Counted from the first letter of the stretch, positions 36,050-50,240 are shown. The stretch: 64,000 bases of DNA from Octopus bimaculoides (GCF_001194135.2 NC_068996.1:53353504-53417503), one strand, 5' to 3'. Notes: generated by a model from the letters alone, not told the origin. Numbers and translations are program-made.

Positions 36050-38600
36050 ATTTTGTATATGGGCTTGTATAGCATCATACCAAACAGACATATGTATTAT
36101 TGTTGAATATCAGATGGAACATGCATCGTGATATTCTGAAAACAAGGAGCAACAGATGAGAGATTGAACATATGGTTCATTGAATCTTGGGAATTTTGAA
36201 GTGAGATAGGGATAATTGTTTGTCCAGGTAGCATCAATGTTCAGCTGATATAGAACCAATTCCTTCTTTGATCAGGGAATGAATTCTAAGAAGGATAAAT
36301 GGCAAGTATTCCAGCTAGTTGCTGTTGTCATGAGCTCTGATGACAGACAACTGTTGTTGGTGGAATCAGTTAACCAAGTCATTAGCTGCAGAATGTTAAG
36401 CAGTTGTGTACATCAACTTATAATCAAGAAGTGTCAGTTCTGTAAGCAAGAATTCTTCAAACTGGCATTTTCTGTCTGTTTGTGAAGTAAGTGGTATACC
36501 AAAATGTGGAATCCAGTGTCAAACTAGCACTTTAGCAATGGTTTCCACCATGATATCTGACAGAAGGATGACTTCAGGCCTAAGAGAAAACTGGTCCATG
36601 CAGATCAGAAGGTGCATAAAGTTTTGAGAAGGTGGCAGGGGCCTTAAAATAGCAATATGTATATGCTGAAAGCATGCATCCAGTGTCTACAAAGTGCCCA
36701 GAAGTTATTTAACATAGTGATGACCTGGCAATGGACACAATTCCTGGCCCATTCCCTGATGTTTTTGTTCATTACAGTCCACACAAAATGGGCCGATATC
36801 AACTTCAGGGTTGAGTGCAAAGAAAACCAAACATCTGTGTTTCTGTAATACATCGATGTCCCATTCATAGGGATGTTTGGTGGTGAGATGACATACCAAC
36901 AATAACCTGAAGAAGGTAGAGAAAGAAGAAGGATTTCAAAGTTTAAGGAGCTCATCATCTTATTCTTGATCAGCAACCAACTCCTAGAGGTTGATGGAAG
37001 CAGGAGTTTGTAATGCATTTATGTGGATAAGGAAAAAATGCATCAGAAGCAGAATGGTCAATAGCCTTACTGTGACGAATATCTGTTGTAAAATGAGGTA
37101 TGAAGTTGAGGCAATGAACTTCCCTAGGTGAGTGGCAGTTAGGCTTGGAATTCATAGTATATGTAAGGGGGTTCATGATCTGTGTAAACAGAGAAAACAA
37201 AACTTTCTTTGTGTGAGCCAGAAATGTTTAACACTGAAGTACACTGCAAGTTGTTCCCAGCCAAGAGTACTCTACTTTGTTTCAGCCAATGAAAGCGGCT
37301 TAGAAAAAAAGGCAGTTACCATGTACCATTATTGTATTGCTGAGGAATGCCACTGACACCAGCATCGGATGCATCAACTAACAAAGTAATGCATCAGGAT
37401 TGGGATTAACCAACATAACAATGTTGACTAAAGACCTTGAGTTTAAGAAAGACAGCAAACTCTGTATAATGGAGAATAATGGACTGGTTCTTGCATGTAC
37501 AATTGGCTGGGATTTCTGTGAGGAGTTGAAGCTGTTCTGTATTATGGGAAATAAATTGATGATAGTTTCCCAGCTTGACCAATTTCTGTCTATTTCCTCA
37601 GTGATGTAGGAAGAGGATAATCTAAGGAAGATTTGACTTTGTCAATACAATGTCCCAGGAAATCTAAAGAAGAAACCCTCCAAAAGGGCACTTACTGTAG
37701 TTCATAATGACACCATGTTGAAGAAGATGATCAGAAAGTACTTTGTTTGCACTGGCAGTGAGCAGATTATTGCTATGATGAAGGGTAGTCTGTGAACTAC
37801 TTTATCAATGAAATGCTGTTGGTAAAGCATTGCATGAACCAAAAATCATCCTGTGGAATTCAGAAAAACCAAAAGCTGTTGTGATGGCCATTTTAGGAAT
37901 ATTGTCTCAGCAATATTTGATTATAAGCATAGACAAGATTGATTTTTGAAGGCATTTTAGTGCCATGCAGCATGGAAGAAAAAAAAGACTCCTGTATATG
38001 AGGTATTTGTCAGTTCTTATATGTGCATCGAGAATCTAATAGTCACCATAAGACCACCAGTTACTTGTAGATTTTTGTGGGGTATCATATGAAGAGGAGA
38101 GGACCAATTGCTGCTAGGGGGACAAATTATGCCCAGTTCTGCTTGGGAATCTTAGCATGATCAAGAGCAAGTCACCAGGGAGGAGAAACCACTGGAGGTC
38201 TTTCAGTAATCATGTGGTCAGTTATTGCGATTCACTGAAAAGTTTTTGAAAACAGGGTAAGAGATGTTAAGGTGTTTGCACCAAATAGCATCATACCTTC
38301 TTGAAGAAGAAGGGTCCAAGAAGACAGGACTGAAAAGAACCCTTGTGCTAACACCTTGAACATATAGTCAGCATTGAAATCAACTAATCTGTAGTGTTTA
38401 ACATAACTACAAGGGTAAAATGATACAAAAAATCAGCTCCAAGAATCAGTCAGCAATGAAATACTTTGTTACCTTTGCCCCGGTATCCACAAGAAAATGA
38501 GAATCTGTTGATTGGCCATTAACATTGAAGAGTTTAGGAGGAGCCAGGTGCAGTCATCATTTATTTCTATCCTTGCCATTCCTAGATAAGATAAAATTAA
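36050..38600 (-). mobile_element. Degenerate Ty3/Gypsy pol (PR-RT-RNaseH-IN)
   Basis: In order on the minus strand: FLVDTGAKV (protease), SSNWSSPLHM (RT), PLTYTMNSKPNCHSPREV..FTTDIRH (RNase H), LKLISAHFVWTVMNKNIREWARNCVHCQ (IN Zn domain), integrase-core remnants. No LTRs seen. Confidence 0.8.
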
Positions 38601-39684
38601 AATTGAATTTATAAAAATTTTCTAGACAGTGTAGTCTTTAATAATTGCTTTCTTTTAATGAAAGTTCATGCAATTAATTAATAAGCAGCTTCCTTTATTG
38701 TCTGTGTGTTTGTGTGTATGTATATATAAAATATGACTTTCTTTCTGTTGGTGTGTGTGTGTAGTATTATTTTTTTATTTTAATTTTTCCCATAAAGAAC
38801 AAAGAGAATACATCTCTAGAATTTGTATGTCAGTAGCTAATATCAAATATCAGTTGAAATTTACAAAAATCTTGCCTATTTTTATAATTCTACTTACTCA
38901 TCAATTTTGCAGTCTATACATCACTGAAGCTGCAGAAAAGGCCACTAGGTAACTGTGGATAAAGAGGCACTGGGAAGAAAGTTGGGATTTGGTCAATCCC
39001 AGCTGGGTCAACACTGCTGATGCATCCTTGAGGTGGATCCTAAAACTAAAACTCTCTACTAATCACTTTTTATCTAAAGACCTCAACTTGATTTTTGACA
39101 CTTCAGCATTTTCTTTCGTAGTCAAATGCACCGTTAATTACAGGCATAAGTGGAAATTTATAATCACAGATGCTGCGGGTTTCAAAGTATCTGTAAATCA
39201 TCTTTTTCACTGATAAAGTGTGTCTATTTATTTTTGTCCTACAAAGAGGAAGCAGCTTATAGTCTCATCATCATATAACATCCATGGCTGGCTTGGACGG
39301 TTTCTCATGATCTGAAGTGACCAAGAACTGCATCAAGTTCCAACAAAAATATACTCTAAGATTGACTGGTTCTAGTTATTTGCATACAGGTATATTCTCC
39401 AGGAGTGTCTATAGAATTCCATTAGGCAAACAAAACAATGCCTACTCAAAAAATGAGTTGACATTAAGATGGCAATTACCAATCAAAATCAGATAATCTC
39501 TTTGATTTGTTTTGCAGGAAGAATCTTCTTGTGCGACCCAGTTCTGTTTATATATCTAGTCTGAATGTATAGATAGGAGTGTGTATATTAACTTTTGTTT
39601 CAGTCATTAGATTGCTGCCATACTTACACACATACACACATACACATGCACATATATGTATACATACATGTACACACATACACA

Positions 39685-39725
<41 letters not shown>

Positions 39726-40105
39726 ATTTTATATTCAGGTAGACACCTTGTAGTTTGCTATTTAAAGCCCATCCACAGTATTTGGCTACCTGGTGTCAAC
39801 AACAGTATGGAGGTATATGCCACTGGATTTACTTCAGGAATTCCTTTGTATCCATAGAGTTTACAAAATATATGAGACAAAGCAAATGGAATTCATGAGA
39901 ATCTTTATTATTAACTACTCCTGTTTTGACCCATCGTATACTGGTGCCTCCCAAGTAAGATGCTATACAAACAGTTGTTGTGCATCGAAGGCACAGATGT
40001 GTCTCATGAGGTAGAATGTAGAATTCATCTCATATAAGCAATAAGGTGACATATAACAAATCAAAAAGTTAAAATATAATAAATAAATGAATTAAATTAT
40101 ATTGT

Positions 40106-40335
40106 TGTATACTGATAATGAAATTTTGTTAAGTAAAACCGTAAAACAACCGTACATCAGAATACAACAAAAATAATCAGACATTCAAATTGACCTAAGC
40201 TGACCTTTACATTTTCAACAAATCATTTGTTTTGTGGAAATGTGAAAAAAGGTCAGTTTAGGTAAATTTGAATGTCTGACTGTTTTTGTTGTATTCTGAT
40301 GTACAGTTTGTTTTATGAGTCATTATCAGTTTACA
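40106..40335. repeat. Fold-back/MITE-like inverted repeat (about 80-bp arms)
   Basis: 40142-40223 is the imperfect reverse complement of 40225-40315. An outer actgataatga / tcattatcagt pair extends the hairpin. Confidence 0.7.
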
Positions 40336-40799
40336 CTATATCATTTGATTCGCTGTAAGCCACCTTATTGGAATTCTACATTGTAATCCAGTTCCTCATG
40401 TAGACATGGAGATTAAAGAACAAAGTACCTTTTGATAAGTCACCTGAGGAAACACATCCGCATCTACAATGCACCACAACTGTTTGTGCAGTATGTCACC
40501 TGTGATGCATCAGTGTATGATAAATCACAACAATAGTAGTGAATAACAAAGAATCTCGTGAATTCCATTTCCTTTTACATATCTATCTATCTCTCTCTCT
40601 TTATCTATCTATCTATATATATATATATATATATATATCATCATCATTTAAGGTCTTTTGTCCATGCTGGCATGGGTTGGACGGTTTGACAAAGGCTGGC
40701 AAGTTGAGGGGCTGCACTAGACACCAGCCTGATTTGGCATAGTTTTCTGCAGCTGGATGCCATTCCTAACGCCGAGAGTGTAACGAGTATCTCTTTTTA

Positions 40800-41195
40800 A
40801 TGTACCACTGCAGTACTCCATCGGTTACAACGATGAGTGTTCCAGTTGATCCAATCAACGGAACAGCCTGCTTGTGAAATTAACGTGCAAGTGGCTGAGC
40901 ACTCCACAGACACGTGTACCCTTAACGTAGTTCTCGGGGAGATTCAGCATGACAGAGAGTGTGACAAGGCTGACCTTTTGAAATACAGGTACAACAGAAA
41001 CAGGAAGTAAGAATGAGAGAAAGTTGTGGTGGAAGAGTACAGCAGGGTTCGCCACCATCCCCTGCCGGAGCCTCGTGGAGCTTTTAGGTGTTTTCGCTCA
41101 ATAAACACTCACAACGCCCCCCAGTCTGGAAACCGAAACCGTGATCCTACGACTGCGAGTCTGCTGCCCTAACCACTGGGCCATTGTGCCTCCAC
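40800..41195 (-). mobile_element. tRNA-derived SINE family C (about 400 bp)
   Basis: Minus-strand head gtggaggcacaatggcccagtggttagggcagcagactcgc..ggtttcggtttcc with A/B-box-like motifs, followed by a long non-tRNA body. Confidence 0.7.
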
Positions 41196-41579
41196 TTAAA
41201 TACACACATGTAGTATATACATATCCATATTTATTCTCTATTTGTATACACTCTATTAACTGGTATTTACAGGAGAGCTGGCCAAAGATCAAGCTCAGTT
41301 TATTAGTCCCTTCTTATCTTGTGTGTGTGTATGTTTCATTTTGTGATATTCTATAGAAACTAAACTTCTTAAAATATATTCTTGGTTCTTAAAAGATCCT
41401 TTTTCTCTTTAAATATAAATATTTATTGATAGATAGCTAACATGCTCCCTGTTCTTTGTATCCTGTTTCAAGCAAACATCTTTTGAACCTTCTAGTGTCA
41501 GCAGTGACAGGAACAGAGTACTGTTATGGTTTCACCAATTCAGAGAAAAATGGAGCTAAGCAAATCAGTATTATTATTA

Positions 41580-41621
<42 letters not shown>

Positions 41622-42508
41622 TATTTATTTATTATTATTATTTATTGTTGTTGTTGTTGTTGTTGTGAGTGCATCAGACAGAATGCTAAGTGGCATTTCT
41701 TCTTGTTCTTTATGTTCTGAGTTCAAATGCTGTTGAGGTTGGCTTTGCTTTTCAACCTTTTAAAGCTGATAAAATTAGTACCAGTTCAGCACTAGGAAGT
41801 AATGAGCTTCCCCCTCCCCTTAAAATTACTGGCCTTGTACTAAAATCAGAAAAAAATCATTGTTATTATTATTTTTGTTCATTATTATGGTTATTATTTT
41901 TGATTGTATTAATATGTACTTAAGTGCTCTACTCAAGTATCTTTGTTTATTCATATATCTAGATAAGTTTTCATTGTTGATATGTTATTTATCTTTTAAT
42001 CTAACCAAGATTCCAGTGGGCTGGTTAGCTCTTTTGTTCCTGTGGGGTAGAACATTTAAACTTTTTTCCCCCCCTTTTTTTAACAAAAATTTCAAAAATT
42101 TAAAAGATGGTTATGTGCTTAATAACTTCTCCCTCAGCTAGAGGGAGAAGTAGATAATTCAAAAAGAGGCGAAAACCTACCTCGGAGTCTCTTCCTTTTC
42201 ATTGATTAAATGAACAAATATGTTTCTCCTCCTCCTCTTCCTTCATGTATAATGTAAAATGTCTAAAAAGCAATACCACCTTTACTGACTGCAAAAAAAC
42301 ACTGACGATGGCAGTGGCAATAGCAAAAAAAGAAGAAAAAAAAGATCAAAAACACTACTATCACCAGTGCTACCATCATTGCCACTGCTGTGTTAGCAGT
42401 GACAGCAGCAGCAACAACAAGAACAAAAATAACAAAGTATGTGATAACAAGCGAAGCACCCTTTTCACTATCAGCACCATTATGACTGCTGCTGACTCTT
42501 ACATTGAA

Positions 42509-42543
<35 letters not shown>

Positions 42544-42879
42544 TTACTACTGTAACTGCACAAAGTAGTAGTGGTATTGTACCACAAAAGTGGCAACAAA
42601 TATCCTCCAGGTTTTTATTGCAGGCAAACCAATTTAAAAATTGCTGAACAACTAGTAAAAAAATCTGTTAAGAGGAATGTTACAGGTAACCCCAACAGCT
42701 AATGGAGAAAATTGCAAGATGAACAATAGTTTACAAATGTGTGTTGCTCAGAAACCGATGTGTGAAATGGCCACTTGTACCCTAGTTGAATGGTGCTTGT
42801 GAGAAATATGGGTGGATATAGACTTGTGAAAGTGCAGTTCTTCAATGAAGTAAAGCATTTTGTTGCCCCCAGTGGAAAA

Positions 42880-43110
42880 CAAGAATTTGTCCTCTTTTCT
42901 ACTTATGTTGGAAGATGGATAATAAAGACAAAGATATCCAATATACTATCAGAGCTGAGTGTAGGTGAGCTGTAATGTGTGTGTATGATCCCAGGGTTAG
43001 TGGTTCTCTTACAGGTGAAACTAGAACATCTGTAAAAGATCTTGGATCTAATTTAACTGCTGGTGGGCAGATCTCACTGATACGGTGGAGGGCAGAAGAA
43101 CCAAGTGTCA
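42880..43110 (-). mobile_element. Possible AP-endonuclease C-terminal remnant of a LINE
   Basis: RSFTDVLVSPVREPLTLGSYTH resembles the DVRV...SDH motif. Weak. Confidence 0.3.
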
Positions 43111-43289
43111 TACATATGTGGTGATGACAACAACCACTTGAAACCCATCTGCTCTCAGTGAAAAATGAAACATGGAGTCAACCAACATCGCTTCTGACAC
43201 CATAAATACAACAACAACAGCGAGCAGTCATGCCAGCAGGAACAGCAACAACAGTAATAGCTATAACAATAAAATCAGCTTCAGATACA

Positions 43290-43545
43290 AAAATAGCAGT
43301 AACAGAAGATCAGGCAGACAGATACAACTGTTTGGTCACTGCATGCACTATTTCGAAAGTATCCAAATTTGTCTTGTGGAAACCACTTCATGGTGATGTA
43401 AGAAGAGGGAAACATCAGATATCAACAAATTGATTGCAGGCACTGACCTGGAATGTATCTAAGACCTGCAGGCAGTGATCTTGGACCAAAGAGTGTGGTG
43501 GTCGGTGGACTTTGTTGCTGTGGCCTGGGTTGGAACCTGGCCATA
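43290..43545 (+). mobile_element. RTE-type LINE C-terminal remnant
   Basis: RQIQLFGHCMHY and SKFVLWKPLHGDVRRGKHQI resemble the LRLAGHC..KLVLWEP.HG.R..GRP motif. Confidence 0.55.
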
Positions 43546-44149
43546 GATAGATAGAGGGAAACAACAGCAGAAATCCTCCTCCCTTGTCACTGACAACAAT
43601 AACGACAACAAACCACGTTGCTTACATAAACAACACAACAGCTCAAGACATACCTATCCCTCCTTCAGATCACTACATGTCATGCAACGATGGGAACAGA
43701 GATGAAAAATGCAGAAATAAATCTGCCTTCATGAAAAGAGATGAGATTTCAAAAAAGGGGAATATGACATCATCACAAACGTGAACACTAAACACTACAA
43801 CAAACATAAACTATACCCAAACCAACATCAAAAGCAACACCCATAAAGAAACATCTTAAACCACATAGTGTTAGACACAAACAACAAAGTAATAATGTAC
43901 CATATGCATCGATGCATAAATTTAGCAATTGATTTGCCAACATGCATACAAATCCTAAAAACAGTTGAAGAAACATACAACAAACTAAAAACAAAATCTG
44001 ATGGAATGAGAGATTTCTAAGGGACTGTAAACAAAATGATTTACAAAAATTTACTCAGAATAGTCAGTGTGAATGCATGTGGTTTAGGGTTGTCTTGGAA
44101 GCAGAGGCTCAAAAACCTCAAATCACTAGGGTGGCTATCAGCAAAACCA

Positions 44150-45100
44150 AAATTTCTGAGGTACATGCCTTCTTGCTCATTTTCAATATCTATGAAATAT
44201 ACAGGTCTCTAAGTTGAGCAGGATTGGAATGTAGATTTTACTGTGTTGCTTCAGAAAGTATGGATCCCACAATATGGACTTTTCCTAAACCCAGAGATTA
44301 AGGTGGTACTGGACATGATAGTAGTGCTGGCCATACCTTCCAGCCATCTTTTGATGACTAGTCTTTCCTGAAATGTCCTGCTTTATAGTGCTAGTTAGAA
44401 GTTGAAATGACATCATGGTTGCATGATGTGACTAGGTGGGACTTGCTGATTGGAGAATGGGGAGAAAAGACTCACAAACCTGTTCAGATATTTCCAGTGG
44501 GTATTGATTAGAATTGTCAAATGGACAAACTACATTGTTTGCTACAGATAATATCTAGATAATGTGTAGGTATTGATGAAACTTTTAACTGGGGGTCCAT
44601 AGTTAATTTCCAGAAATCCCTGGCCTGGCAGTACTATGGGAGAGCATTTCCAATTTAAGATAAATTCTACAGAAGTGCTGTTAACTGGGCCTGTTTAAGA
44701 TGTGTGTAGGTCAACAAAACTATTCTACATGTTCTCGTCCATTGCCCTAGCATTGCTGGATTGTAGAATTATGTCAAATATCTACTGTTGCATGTAGGAT
44801 GAATTCAGCTTTCAGTCAAGTCTATTCTGGAAATTGTTTCACTGTCTTTTTTTTTTTTAATCAGGAAGAGCAAGCATCTCTGTGGCGGTTTTGGCTAAAG
44901 AGTTTTGTGTTGTGGAGATCGAAATGGCTAAGGTCCTCATCAACTTTTTCAAGCTTCATTTGAAAAAGGAAGGTAACAGTTGAGAGGGAGACACTGCCTC
45001 CCCCAAAATTTGTTGAAAGGTTGATGAGAGTTTCAAGCATTGTCTCAATGAATGACCCACCTCTGATCATGTGCATGATCAGAGACAACTGGAACTGGGT
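44150..45100 (-). mobile_element. Degenerate RTE/BovB-like RT fragment
   Basis: Frameshifted remnants such as SRQGFLEINYGPPVKSFI (SREGLW..KYGCP.KFI-like). Confidence 0.5.
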
Positions 45101-47235
45101 TCTTGCCTTAGTGATCTCGGTGACTGTACTTTCCTTTTTTTTGAAGAAGTTTCTGTTTGAATTTTTGGTTATTATTGTGTTTTTGTTATTTCACTTGTTT
45201 AACTCTTTTTTTTTCCTATGTGATTCCATACAGTGTCATCCTCTACAGTCATTATTTTTTTTTCAATCACTATGCTTAAAAAAAAAAGGAAGCGTTATTA
45301 TTAGTTATATTAAGGCAGCAAGTTGGTGGAATCGTTAGCATGTTGGAGAAAATACTTGGCAGCATTTCTTGTGGCTCTTTATGTTCTGAGTTCAAATTCA
45401 CCTACCATCCTTTCAGAGTCAAGTGAAATAAGTACCAGTTCCACACTAGGATTGATATAATCAACTTACCCCCTCATCTAAAATTGCTGGCCTTGTGCCA
45501 AAATTAGAATTATTGTTGTTACTGTTATTGCTATGGGTTGGCAGAAATGTTAGAGCATCAGAAAGGAATCCTTTGCAGTATTTGTTCCAGCTTTTTCTGT
45601 GTTCAAATCACACCAAGGTTGAGATTGTCTTTCATTCCTTCAAAGTCAATCAAATGAAATACTAGTCAAGCACTGGGGGTTGATAGTATTGGCTAAGCCC
45701 TGTCTCCTCAGAATTGCTCAGTTTGTGCCTAAATTAAAAGCCCCCCCCCTTTTTTTTCCTTATTTGATCACTAAAATTATGCACTTCTCTAAGTGGCAGA
45801 AGTTTTGATACACTTAAACGTTTTAAGGCATTCTTCTAAATTTCTAGAATATTCTTCTTTATAAATAAATAGTCATTGACAGAATTTTTGTCCTTCCACT
45901 TTCATACTCTTATCTCGACTGATGAAGCATTATATACATTTATTATTGATCCCTGCTTTGGTAAACATGATTGGTCAATTAAATCAGACTCCTGCTTTCT
46001 TTTACCAAAAACAAATACAACCAGTTACCATTATTCCAGTTACACTAATTCACCAGTCTCTCTCTCTCTCTCTCTCCTCCACTCCAAACCAACCAACCAG
46101 CCTACTGTTGGCTCTGCTCCTTTTCTTATCATCTTACTATGAGTCCTTAAAGGCATTATGAGGGGTTGCTCCTTGGTCAAACAAATTCACCATTTTACTG
46201 TAAACCTTTCTTTCAACCACTTCTAACAAAGTGTACACTCCAAACAAAACCAATCTACAATAAGTTCCTTTCCTCTTCTTACTTGGAATTTGTGAGCCCT
46301 GTTAGTATTTGTTGATGAGACATGAGCCATAGTGAGAGTGATCCAATTAGAAGAGCAGAAACCCTGCAGGAGGAAGATGATTATAACTACAAGATCAGTA
46401 ACTCAATGAATACCTGCATGAAGGAACTATGGAACCCACAAGCAAACTGCAGTATAGGTGACCCATCCAGGAGACTAGTAATTCTGGAAACTGGCATAGT
46501 GTAGTGGGAATCTTTCTAGTGCTAGTGATATGATAAAATGCATGTAGTCCATGCTGCACCCTGGGTGGTGATAGGAAGGGCAATCAACCAATAAAATCAT
46601 GCCAAAATAAAACGATCAGAACTGGACTAAGACTTACCATATTAGTATAGTTCGTGGTAGTGGATTGATCTGTTTGGAACATGTAAATGTGAATGACAAA
46701 TCCTCAATGATAATGAAATGATTAAACCAACTCTCTTTCAGATATAGATAATACATATTAATTCATTCAACACTAAAAAACTCCCATATTTCTGTGAGTT
46801 ACTAAAATTCAGATCAACCATGATGAATGGATGATGGAAGATAGGTCTAGAGAGACTTTAGAGATGTAGGAACTGAGTCAAGTAAGTATGCATTGAGGAC
46901 AAGAGGTGAGGTAGAAAGGAGCCTTTGTTAGGTGTTTTATGGATGAGGAAAACCTGCAAATTTTTGTGGGTGAGCAACATCACTGGGGTGGGTAGTCTTG
47001 GCAATTATTTTGTAGTTATTATTGAGTTGCAAGAAAACTCTTTCATGTAAGGTAATCTTGTTTTCTTTGTTTTGCTTCAGTTTATATTCAAAAATTTAAC
47101 TTTTTGTGGGGCACAGGGACTGTCTGTTTTGTATTTTCATGCTGTTAAATTGTCAAAATTAATAATTATCTGAATTTTATTTTCCTTCCTACATTTTGGT
47201 GAGTGAATCAAGTTGCTCTCTTTCACTAGGTTAAT

Positions 47236-47261
47236 GCATTATTTTTGTTTTACATTTTCAG
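47236..47261 (+). other. 3' splice acceptor immediately before the Rab9 ATG
   Basis: Pyrimidine-rich atttttgttttacattttcAG ending at 47261, with ATG at 47262. Implies upstream 5' UTR exon(s). Confidence 0.8.
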
Positions 47262-47879
47262 ATGGGATCTAAATCAAAACTATTGAAAGTAGTTTTACTT
47301 GGAGATGGAGGTGTTGGTAAAAGTTCCTTGATGAACCGTTTTGTAAGCAACAAATTTGATACTCAGTCATTCCATACCATTGGCGTAGAATTTCTAAATA
47401 AAGAGATCTCAATTGGTTCTGAAAGTTACACCATGCAAATTTGGGATACTGCTGGTCAAGAAAGATTTAAAAGCTTACGGACACCATTTTATCGTGGTGC
47501 TGATTGTTGTCTGCTGACGTATGCTGTTGATGATGTAAAAAGTTTTGAAAATGTTTCAATGTGGAAGAAAGAATTTCTCTATTATGCTGATATTGATGAT
47601 GAAAGCACATTTCCTTTTGTAGTTATTGGCAACAAAATAGATGTTGGACAAAGACTGGTTTCTTATAATACTGCCAGTGAATGGTGTGAGAAAAATGGGC
47701 ACGTTCCATACTTTGAGACCAGTGCAAAAGATTCCACTAATGTTGAAGTTGCATTCACAGCTGCTGTGAAGCGATTAAAAGACCTTGAAGATAAATGTGC
47801 TGAAGTAAAGCCCTCCCATGGAAATACAGTTGACTTGAACAAGAAGAAAGAATCTCAGTCCACTGGTTGTTGTAACTGA
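47262..47879 (+). CDS. RAB9: Rab9 small GTPase (205 aa), entire CDS in one exon
   Basis: Intact ORF with G1 GDGGVGKS, switch FHTIGVEF, G3 WDTAGQE, G4 GNKID, G5 ETSAK and a C-terminal CCN prenylation motif. SLRTPFYRGADCCLLT and WKKEFLYYAD are characteristic of Rab9 rather than Rab7. Confidence 0.97.
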   Translation: MGSKSKLLKVVLLGDGGVGKSSLMNRFVSNKFDTQSFHTIGVEFLNKEISIGSESYTMQIWDTAGQERFKSLRTPFYRGADCCLLTYAVDDVKSFENVSMWKKEFLYYADIDDESTFPFVVIGNKIDVGQRLVSYNTASEWCEKNGHVPYFETSAKDSTNVEVAFTAAVKRLKDLEDKCAEVKPSHGNTVDLNKKKESQSTGCCN

Positions 47880-50240
47880 GGATATTTTGATAAAGGTTTT
47901 GTGCTGTTAACGGCACTTTACCCTTTCACTCTATTATCATTGTCTGTGACCAAGAAATAAAATTTTAAATCATTTTTATTGTATGTATATAAGTATATAT
48001 GTTTATATAATTCTCAGTATCTATCAGTGATATTTTTCTTTATGCACTAGCTCTAATATACATGTTATGAAAAACCTATTGTAATGGCAAGTTTAATTAA
48101 CTTGATTAAACATTTTATGTAACTGACATCTCAATATGTTCTGGGTGTTATATATACTTTAGGAGATTATAGTTTAGTATTATACAATTAAATATAATGC
48201 AATAAGTTTTTTTGTTTTCTGCTATTGCCATATTTTAATCATTATTTATTGCTGATATTTAGGCAGAGCCATCTCAGTTTGTCACACATTCATCATAGTA
48301 TGTTGCTCATCATCATAGTACTGTGAAATGATCCCAACATTGTTTTAATGTTAATCTCAATAATCATTTGCTATAAAAGATCTTTTAATTGTAAATATAA
48401 GCAAAAATATTGTTAAAGCTGCTTCAAAATAAGATTCATTACAATAACCCTTTTCAATTGTATAGATGTTATGTATGCCTTAGATATATGTATCTTTATA
48501 TCCTTTTCATGAAATACATAGTACTTAAATTTAATTTTCGATAAATTTTGGTTTTTCATGATTTTCTTTCTAATTTGATTTCAAGCCTAGTTAAAAATCT
48601 GTATACTTCTTTTTGTTTTAAAAAGAACAGATTTTGAAAGTGATACTACATAAATATGTCATTAGGTGTTATATCAAGATTTAAAAAGAAAAAACAATTT
48701 CTTTGTTTCGTGTATATTTTTATATTAAAAGAAATTTTAGTTTTTTTTTTTTTTCTTTTTAAATGAATTTTGTTTTAAAGAAAGCTGGTTTAATTCAGAA
48801 AACTAAGAATTTTTTATTTGAAAATATATTAACTCCTCATCCAAAGTAGAAGTATTTTAAAATTGATGCAGTTACATGCATGTTGTTTTGGTATGTTTAC
48901 AGTTTCATAATACCTTATTTTCACAATGTATTAGAAGCTATCTTAAATCAAGTTACTATTTTCAGTTTTAAGAATTAAAAACTTAATTTAAATTTTAACC
49001 TTAACAGAAAGTTTAATGCAGAATTTAGAATCCAAATGTTAACATTTTTTACCTTTATCTTTAATTAATTAATTTTCAATTTTATTCTTGAGAGAAAATC
49101 AAATTCTTTTGAGGTAGCATGTCTTCCAAAATAAATTAAGTACTTGGACATTTTTCTGAAGCATCAACATCTTGCACATTTCTGTGATAAATATTGACTT
49201 CCCCGATAGTTTCATTGGTTTCTTTCTCTCTATGCTATTCTCCAATTAGCATATTCCTCTGATGTTGTATTTCTTCATTTATTTTATACTTGGACTAGGA
49301 TTAAACTTATAAAAATAAATTGCTAATAGGTTTTAATGCTTTTATCCACATTTTCACAACACAACCATCAATTTCAGTGATATTCAGTCCAATGTTCAAC
49401 TACATTGAACTGAGTTACTGAGATTTTTTTTCCTCTCCACTATACATACTACCTCTGATTTTTTCCTTTTTCTTCTTATTTTCTCTTTTTAAGTTTCTAG
49501 TGTAGTTATTTACCTGTAATGAATTCCTCATACATGTCATTCCATTTCGTACTGTTTCTTTCATTCTCTTGTGAACTGATGTTTTTCAGGTTTGATCTGT
49601 AAAAATCATTATGTTACCTTCAAATGTTTTTACAAATGGTTTAGTATATTTTATATGTAATTCTTCAATCCACCCATCTCGTTGATAAATTTTATCCAAA
49701 GCATTATCTGCTGAGTATGGTATTACTATTGAATGTGTGTTGAGTATAAAAGGATTTAGAGTGGTCTACTGTTTATAATGGAGTTAATTGTTTGCTAACA
49801 TATATATAAGCAAGGTTGTGGTTTAAGTGATGCTTTCATCAGTTGTATATCCTTAAAATATCCCATAAATATGTTGGTTGTTACTTGTGATAAGGGAAAT
49901 TTCAAAGCCATCTTTTTTTTTTTCTATTGTTATTATTGTTTCAATTGGAAGTGAATACTTAATTGCAATAACAGTTTCATTTTGCTTATCAAGCACTATT
50001 TTTATTGTCTCTTACTATATGTCTTTTTCCAGGCTGATTCTGACAACTTGATACTACTTCACTGGTTAAAACTGTTTTGAACAAGCTAATCATAACAAGG
50101 CTAATCATTTGATTTTGATCAATTCTACTTTTGCATACTGACATTAAGCCTTGTTTGAACTCTTTGTATTTTTGGTTAACTTGTTTTTGTTATGAGCTGT
50201 CATTATTATATGCAAGTTAGTTCTTGTCCTGTAATAAACT
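47880..50240 (+). other. Probable long Rab9 3' UTR with alternative poly(A) signals
   Basis: AT-rich with no recognisable SINE or long microsatellite. AATAAA at 47956, 49314 and 50233. True end unknown. Confidence 0.45.

Noticed and set aside
45917-45980. CTGATGA-AGCA...TGCT motif
   Set aside because: No GAAA in register and no second copy. Likely chance.
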